Positions 47,879 through 52,591 of a stretch of DNA of 52,591 bases are shown here, in pieces; the first letter of the stretch is position 1, and each line of letters begins with the position of its first letter. Location: positions 1 through 52,591 of IMG/VR virus record IMGVR_UViG_3300025391_000002; one strand, 5' to 3'. The notes beneath the pieces were generated by a model. The model was not told where the DNA came from. It searched no databases and saw nothing but the letters and a program-made list of their open reading frames with translations. The position numbers and the translations under genes are program-made. Source of the DNA: a virus. Taxonomy: Duplodnaviria > Caudoviricetes.

Positions 47879-48574
47879 CTATGCCATTGTTTCAGCCTGT
47901 GCTATAGCAGCTGGATCAATTTCAAAATCATTTTCAGAAATTACAACATCAACAATTTCAGGTGCAATTGTTTTAGATTTTTTTTCTTTAATTTGAGCAT
48001 TAAGATTATTAACGCTTTCATCTTTAATTTGTGTAACATTATTAGCAATATCTATCATTGGTACATCTTCATCAAATATACCAGATAACCCAAAAGCTAT
48101 TCTTGCACATTGAATATATGCTCTAATTTCAAGAAAATGCGTAGGTTGTGTTTTCCATACAGGGCTTGTTTCTTTAATCCATTCTTTAAGATATACGGTT
48201 TTTATAATTGGACGAGACAATGATTTTCTATATATTTTACAAGTTGAACTAAAAGGTTTACCTTCTTCAAAATTAGTTTCTATTTCTACACCATCAAAAT
48301 CAACATTGTTTGTTACAATATTACACCATCCTTGATAACTTACCATAGGACATATTCCACCTTTACTTGGAAAAGCCCAAATTTCTTTAGTTAATGGATT
48401 TAAACCATATTTTTCAGCTACAAGTAAAAATGCAGCAAATTGTTCATTAGTCGCATTACCAGTAAAACAAGTTGCTTTAATGGTGTTAAAATATATTTGT
48501 TTGTCCAACCCTGCTGCTTGAGCCATACGTTCTATTAAACCTGTAGATTGTTTAACTGTTAAATCATTTGACAT
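47879..48574 (-). CDS. Bet/RecT-like single-strand annealing protein
   Basis: YGLNPLTKEIWAFP..GGI.PMVS..GW, ARIAFGLSGIFDED. Confidence 0.9.
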   Translation of the reverse strand: MSNDLTVKQSTGLIERMAQAAGLDKQIYFNTIKATCFTGNATNEQFAAFLLVAEKYGLNPLTKEIWAFPSKGGICPMVSYQGWCNIVTNNVDFDGVEIETNFEEGKPFSSTCKIYRKSLSRPIIKTVYLKEWIKETSPVWKTQPTHFLEIRAYIQCARIAFGLSGIFDEDVPMIDIANNVTQIKDESVNNLNAQIKEKKSKTIAPEIVDVVISENDFEIDPAAIAQAETMA

Positions 48575-48598
48575 GTTGTGTTCCTTTTTAAAATTAAA

Positions 48599-49432
48599 TT
48601 ATTTATTAACCCAGTATGGTAAAGATAATGGTAATATTTCATCTTGATACCCTTCCCATTGTTTTGTTGTTAAACATTGTTTATATAAATCAAGCATTAC
48701 TGCATTTTCTTGTAAACCAAAATTTAACATTGCATCATCCGCAGTATAAAAAGCGGTTTCGTATGGTGCTTCTTTTTCTTGTGCAGCAAATATAAAAACA
48801 GGAAATCCATTAGTTTTAAAAACCTGTTGAAATCCTTTAGAATAATATGCTGCTGAATTATGATAACCAAAATTAAATGCTGATTTTGTAAAATCTTCAA
48901 CTTTAGCTGATTGACAAGTTTTATAATCCACAATAATACCGTTTGAATATTCTTTAGAAGGCGGTATATATAAATCTAATTTAGCTTTACATGCTACACC
49001 ATTATCATTCCAAACCATTGCTTGCTCATATACTGCATCATCTTTAAACAAGACAAATGATGCTTGTTTACGCATTAATGCTGCACGCATTTGAGTAACC
49101 ACATTAATTTCTTCTTGATCGGTAAATAATTTACCAGGATGTTGAGAAACAAATTGTTCGTAACTTTCTTGACCAATTTTAGTTCGTTTATTAAATTTAG
49201 GTGCTATAACATAATCATTATAAAAATCTTTATGCTCTAACACAAATTTATGACACAAAGTACCAAAACGTAATGCTTCAGTTTCTTTAGCTTTTTGTTT
49301 GTTAGGTGATAAATGATTAGCCCAAAAATGATACGATGATTTTTTAATATCTTTTAATTTAGACATATTAATAGCATCAATTGCATCATATTCAGCATAA
49401 TTTTTTACTTTAAACGTTTTTTGTGTTGTCAT
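48599..49432 (-). CDS. RecE/exonuclease VIII-like PD-(D/E)XK nuclease
   Basis: FGTLCHKFVLE, CKAKLD, IVDYKT, FIFAAQEKEAPY. Confidence 0.88.
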   Translation of the reverse strand: MTTQKTFKVKNYAEYDAIDAINMSKLKDIKKSSYHFWANHLSPNKQKAKETEALRFGTLCHKFVLEHKDFYNDYVIAPKFNKRTKIGQESYEQFVSQHPGKLFTDQEEINVVTQMRAALMRKQASFVLFKDDAVYEQAMVWNDNGVACKAKLDLYIPPSKEYSNGIIVDYKTCQSAKVEDFTKSAFNFGYHNSAAYYSKGFQQVFKTNGFPVFIFAAQEKEAPYETAFYTADDAMLNFGLQENAVMLDLYKQCLTTKQWEGYQDEILPLSLPYWVNK

Positions 49433-49568
49433 TTAATATTCCATATACAACATTTTTTTTATTAGCAACTAATGAATTATCATAATTATTAATTGCTTCC
49501 TCTAATTGCTCAGGTGTGCCATTACACCATTCGCATTCGCCTTCGCGACATTTGTTATTGCACCACAT
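49410..49568 (-). CDS. 52-aa Cys-rich protein (not in the ORF track)
   Basis: MWCNNKCREGECEWCNGTPEQLEE... Confidence 0.45.
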   Translation of the reverse strand: MWCNNKCREGECEWCNGTPEQLEEAINNYDNSLVANKKNVVYGILNDNTKNV

Positions 49569-49573
49569 ATTAA

Positions 49574-49672
49574 TTATCCATCGCCATCGCCATCGCCATT
49601 GCCAGAGCCAAAGCCAGAGCCAGAGCCATAGCCATAGCCATCGCCATCGCCATAATTTAATTGATTATCCAT
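49574..49672 (-). CDS. 32-aa Gly-X repeat microprotein (not in the ORF track)
   Basis: MDNQLNYGDGDGYGYGSGSGFGSGNGDGDGDG; starts 2 nt past the upstream stop. Confidence 0.6.
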   Translation of the reverse strand: MDNQLNYGDGDGYGYGSGSGFGSGNGDGDGDG

Positions 49673-49673
49673 T

Positions 49674-50261
49674 TTATTTCCAATCAGAAACAGAGTCTAA
49701 ATTTTTAACTGCATCGGTTGACATTGGTATAATTTCAATAAACCCTTTTGCAAGATGATTTTGCGTTTTTGGTGAAATGCGAGTTTGTGATTTATCAGTT
49801 ACACCAACTAATGCCATATTTGATAAATTATTTGCTCCATACCATTTCCAAATTCTACGGCAATCATTTAATATTAAACTATCACTTTCAACTTTTTTGA
49901 GTTTGCCATAAAACACACCAGCAAAATATGTGCGTACAATTACTGTTTTTTCATATAAATCACTATATATGCTTCCTGTGTTGCCAGAGCCAGCATACAT
50001 TGCAACTGGTTCTGCATCTGCATTATATATGCTTCCTGTGTTGCCAGAGCCAGCATACATTGCAACTGGTTCTGCATCTGCATTATATATGTTTCCTGTG
50101 TTGCCAGAGCCAGCATACATTGCAACTGGTTCTGCATCTGCATTATATATGTTTCCTGTGTTGCCAGAGCCAGCATACATTGCAACTGGTTCTGCATCTG
50201 CATTTAAAATTTTATTTAAAACTTTATCTGCAACTATATCTAAGAATTGATTATTTAACAT
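49674..50261 (-). CDS. DUF6948-like protein with four 20-aa repeats
   Basis: VIVRTYFAGVFYG...RRIWKWYGA..LS.MA domain; NADAEPVAMYAGSGNTG(N/S)IY x4. Confidence 0.7.
   Translation of the reverse strand: MLNNQFLDIVADKVLNKILNADAEPVAMYAGSGNTGNIYNADAEPVAMYAGSGNTGNIYNADAEPVAMYAGSGNTGSIYNADAEPVAMYAGSGNTGSIYSDLYEKTVIVRTYFAGVFYGKLKKVESDSLILNDCRRIWKWYGANNLSNMALVGVTDKSQTRISPKTQNHLAKGFIEIIPMSTDAVKNLDSVSDWK
49964..50203. repeat. 60-bp tandem repeat, four copies
   Basis: Copies identical except one G/T position (two copies of each variant). Confidence 0.95.
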
Positions 50262-50394
50262 TTTAATTTCCTTTAAAAATTCTTTTACTTATAGCATATA
50301 CTATTATATACTATAATAAAAAGAACTGCTCTCGATGCCAGTCTACTTACCAATTATTTCATGTAGGCGGTGGTCTTATTCAAGCTATGACGTA

Positions 50395-50473
50395 ACTATA
50401 ACACACCTAAAATTATAATTGCAAATAAATATGCAAATAAATATGCAATAATTTATTTTAAGTATGCTATAAT
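50395..50473. promoter_or_regulatory. Divergent promoter region with TGCAAATAAATA repeats
   Basis: Leftward TTGCAA-18 bp-TATAGT; rightward TGcTATAAT; 12-bp repeats between them. Confidence 0.55.
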
Positions 50474-50516
50474 AGCGTTAGTTAGTAAGTTAAATATTGA
50501 TATATATGGAGTTTAA

Positions 50517-50702
50517 ATGAAATCAATAATTGAAGAATTAAATAATAAAAATGTTACTATGTTAGATATTGCATTAAAATTAAATGTAAATCCTAGCACG
50601 GTCTTTCGCTGGAAAGTTAATCAAGTATCTAAAAAATATTATAAAAAAATATTATCTTTGGCACGTAAACATAACATAAATTTAGATGAAATAAGGTTTT
50701 AA
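50517..50702 (+). CDS. Cro-like HTH protein
   Basis: TMLDIALKLNVNPSTVFRW. Confidence 0.8.
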   Translation: MKSIIEELNNKNVTMLDIALKLNVNPSTVFRWKVNQVSKKYYKKILSLARKHNINLDEIRF

Positions 50703-51175
50703 TGAATAATACATTTGAAATTGAAAAAAAATCCAAAAGTAAATATAAAAACAAAAAAGTTGTTTACAATGGTATTAAATTTGCTAGTGAACAAGAATAT
50801 CAATTTTATTTATATTTAATGACAATGTATTCTGTTAATGAAATTACTACGCATCCTAAATTTGTTCTTCAACCTGAATTTAATAAATATGGTGTTAATC
50901 ACCAAGCTATTACATATGTTGCCGATTTTCAAGTTGATGGTTTTGTTTATGATGTTAAAGGGTTTACTACAGCTGATTTTATGATTAAAAAGAAAATGTT
51001 TGATTATAAATACCCTGATTTAGCTTTATTATTAGTTACTCCTTGCCCACTTAAATGGAGATCATACAATGATAACAATCAATGGATTGAACTTGATAGT
51101 TTAAAATTATTACAAAAACCTGCTAGATTAGCTAAAAACAAAGCTAAACGCAATGCTGAAAAGGAAACAAAATGA
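50702..51175 (+). CDS. DUF1064-like nuclease
   Basis: SKYKNKKV.YNGIKFAS..E, YVADF, DVKG. Confidence 0.85.
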   Translation: MNNTFEIEKKSKSKYKNKKVVYNGIKFASEQEYQFYLYLMTMYSVNEITTHPKFVLQPEFNKYGVNHQAITYVADFQVDGFVYDVKGFTTADFMIKKKMFDYKYPDLALLLVTPCPLKWRSYNDNNQWIELDSLKLLQKPARLAKNKAKRNAEKETK

Positions 51176-51387
51176 AAATACCTACAAATGTTGAAATTAA
51201 AAATAAAATTAAACAACTTGAACTGGATATTGAAGAAGCAATAAAAGAAGACATACACAGAAGAAAAATTAATGCTCTTGGATTATTAAACAGACTTAAA
51301 ACTTGTCTTGGTAATGATGCTTATATAAGATGTCGTCAAAAAATGGTTGCAGATTTAAAAAATATATTATTACATGGAAAAAAATGA
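51172..51387 (+). CDS. Hypothetical protein
   Basis: Coupled ORF with RBS. Confidence 0.55.
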   Translation: MKIPTNVEIKNKIKQLELDIEEAIKEDIHRRKINALGLLNRLKTCLGNDAYIRCRQKMVADLKNILLHGKK

Positions 51388-51542
51388 AAATTAAAAAACA
51401 AATAAGTATTAATATTTTAGAACTTATAAAAATTAATAACGAAAAATTAATAAATGAAAACTTTAAACGTGATTTTGGAATGCCCGATATTATTAAACAC
51501 ATAAAACCTATAAATTATGTACCATTTTGCGAGGAGCTGTAA
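51384..51542 (+). CDS. Hypothetical protein
   Basis: ATGA-coupled start within track ORF 51330..51542. Confidence 0.45.
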   Translation: MKIKKQISINILELIKINNEKLINENFKRDFGMPDIIKHIKPINYVPFCEEL

Positions 51543-51787
51543 TGATTAAATTATCTAATAGATTATTAAAAAAAAGTTTATATGTTGATTTATTATTAAA
51601 TTGTTATGAAGCATCTACTAGCCATTGGTTTAACAAATTCAAATCTATAACTAAATTAAAAATTAAACATAACTTTAATTTTGGAGAAATGCCATTTATA
51701 AATTTACCTAAATGCATCAATAAACAAAATAGACAATCTATAGCATTTAGAATGCCAATAAATTTAATGATTAAATATGAATTATAG
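51527..51787 (+). CDS. Hypothetical protein (start likely 51542)
   Basis: GAGGAG RBS. Confidence 0.5.
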   Translation: MRGAVMIKLSNRLLKKSLYVDLLLNCYEASTSHWFNKFKSITKLKIKHNFNFGEMPFINLPKCINKQNRQSIAFRMPINLMIKYEL

Positions 51788-51792
51788 GAGCT

Positions 51793-52056
51793 GTGATGAA
51801 ACTAACTGAATTTACTGAAATTTTAATTAATGTTACAAAAGATATACAAGATTTTGTGCATAATCCGATGATGAGCAAATTTTGTAGACCTAAAGATATT
51901 TGTGAAGCAAATGAATTTTTAAGAAATCATATTTATAAAAAATATTATTTAACAGGGTTAATTGATGTTGTTCCTGAATTTGAAATTATTTGGGAAGATC
52001 ATATCGGCGGTATGAGGTTGAATTTAAAAGATGTAAATTTACAAAAGGAATTTTAG
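51793..52056 (+). CDS. Hypothetical protein
   Basis: AGGAG RBS. Confidence 0.55.
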   Translation: MMKLTEFTEILINVTKDIQDFVHNPMMSKFCRPKDICEANEFLRNHIYKKYYLTGLIDVVPEFEIIWEDHIGGMRLNLKDVNLQKEF

Positions 52057-52153
52057 CAATTCTCAAAGATATAAAATGTGTGGTAATGGCTGGAATCAAG
52101 AAACTATAACACATATATTTAAACATATTGAAGGAAAATCAAAAAATGATTAA
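52038..52153 (+). pseudogene. 3' remnant of a C5-cytosine DNA methyltransferase
   Basis: (FTKGI)SNSQRYKMCGNGWNQETITHIF matches C5-MTase motif X; no upstream MTase body. Confidence 0.65.
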
Positions 52154-52591
52154 TTTAATACATGGTGAGTGCTTGGCTGAGATGGACAAGCTAATTGCTA
52201 ATGGTGTAAAAGTCGATGCTATTATTACTGACCCGCCTTATAATTTAAAATTAGAATCTTGGGATGATATAAATAATTATGAATTGTTTATTGAAACATT
52301 TTATAATAAATGTAAACAATTGACTTTTAATATTGTTATATTTTTTGATTATAAATATACTAAATTATTTGAAACAATTGATATTCCTTTTGAACGATTT
52401 ATATGGCATAGAGAAGGGGGTTTTAGAGGGAAAACAATTAAAAAAGGTTATGAGCCATTTTATTGGTACGGAGATGGTAAATCATATAATAGAATAACAG
52501 AAATTAATTTATATGCTAAAACAGATAAAAGACTAAAACCAGAAAAAACCATATCTAATGTTTGGAATATTCCCAATTTGGTTGGTAAAAA
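52146..52591 (+). CDS. Beta-class N4/N6 DNA methyltransferase, 5' part (continues across the origin to 344)
   Basis: ATG at 52146 gives MINLIHGECLAEM...VDAIITDPPYN (motif IV DPPY); in frame with 114..344 through the overlap. Confidence 0.92.
   Translation, partial: MINLIHGECLAEMDKLIANGVKVDAIITDPPYNLKLESWDDINNYELFIETFYNKCKQLTFNIVIFFDYKYTKLFETIDIPFERFIWHREGGFRGKTIKKGYEPFYWYGDGKSYNRITEINLYAKTDKRLKPEKTISNVWNIPNLVGK
52465..52591. repeat. Terminal direct repeat, copy 2 (circular assembly overlap)
   Basis: Identical to 1-127. Confidence 0.95.

Noticed and set aside
49516-49758. His/Arg/Ser-rich plus-strand ORF
   Set aside because: Antisense shadow of the Gly-X hexamer repeat, against operon direction.
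49964-50203. 60-bp repeats as a CRISPR array
   Set aside because: The units are contiguous with no unique spacers, in frame within a CDS, and no cas genes are present.
49928-50266. Overlapping ORFs 49928..50266, 49930..50250 and 49940..50203
   Set aside because: Shadow frames kept open by the stop-free tandem repeat.

Overview
This is a complete, circularly assembled, very AT-rich tailed-phage genome. Bases 1-127 are repeated exactly at 52465-52591, so the unique length is 52,464 bp. The virion is myovirus-type with a Mu-like contractile tail and baseplate, and an embedded Rz/Rz1 spanin pair points to a Gram-negative host. Layout: an N4/N6 DNA methyltransferase crossing the origin; tRNA-Thr, tRNA-Asn and a broken tRNA-Gln; a minus-strand replication/early arm (initiator, DnaC-like loader, SSB-like protein, an 11-bp-phased DnaA-box array, an Ocr-like acidic protein); an AT-rich repeat-laden divergent control region (~7.0-7.9 kb); a plus-strand packaging/head/tail/lysis arm (7.9-41.7 kb) interrupted by an inverted lipoprotein moron; and a second minus-strand arm with RecE/Bet-like recombination genes, many small paralogous ORFs and a PRPP-synthetase-like plus NAMPT-like pair matching the NARP1 NAD+ reconstitution pathway. 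No integrase, partition genes, CRISPR array or reverse transcriptase were recognised. The most interesting signals are the DnaA-box array, NARP1, the Ocr-like protein, four Tudor/PcrA-CTD-like paralogs and several structured non-coding leaders. All protein calls come from motif recognition by eye, not from database searches.
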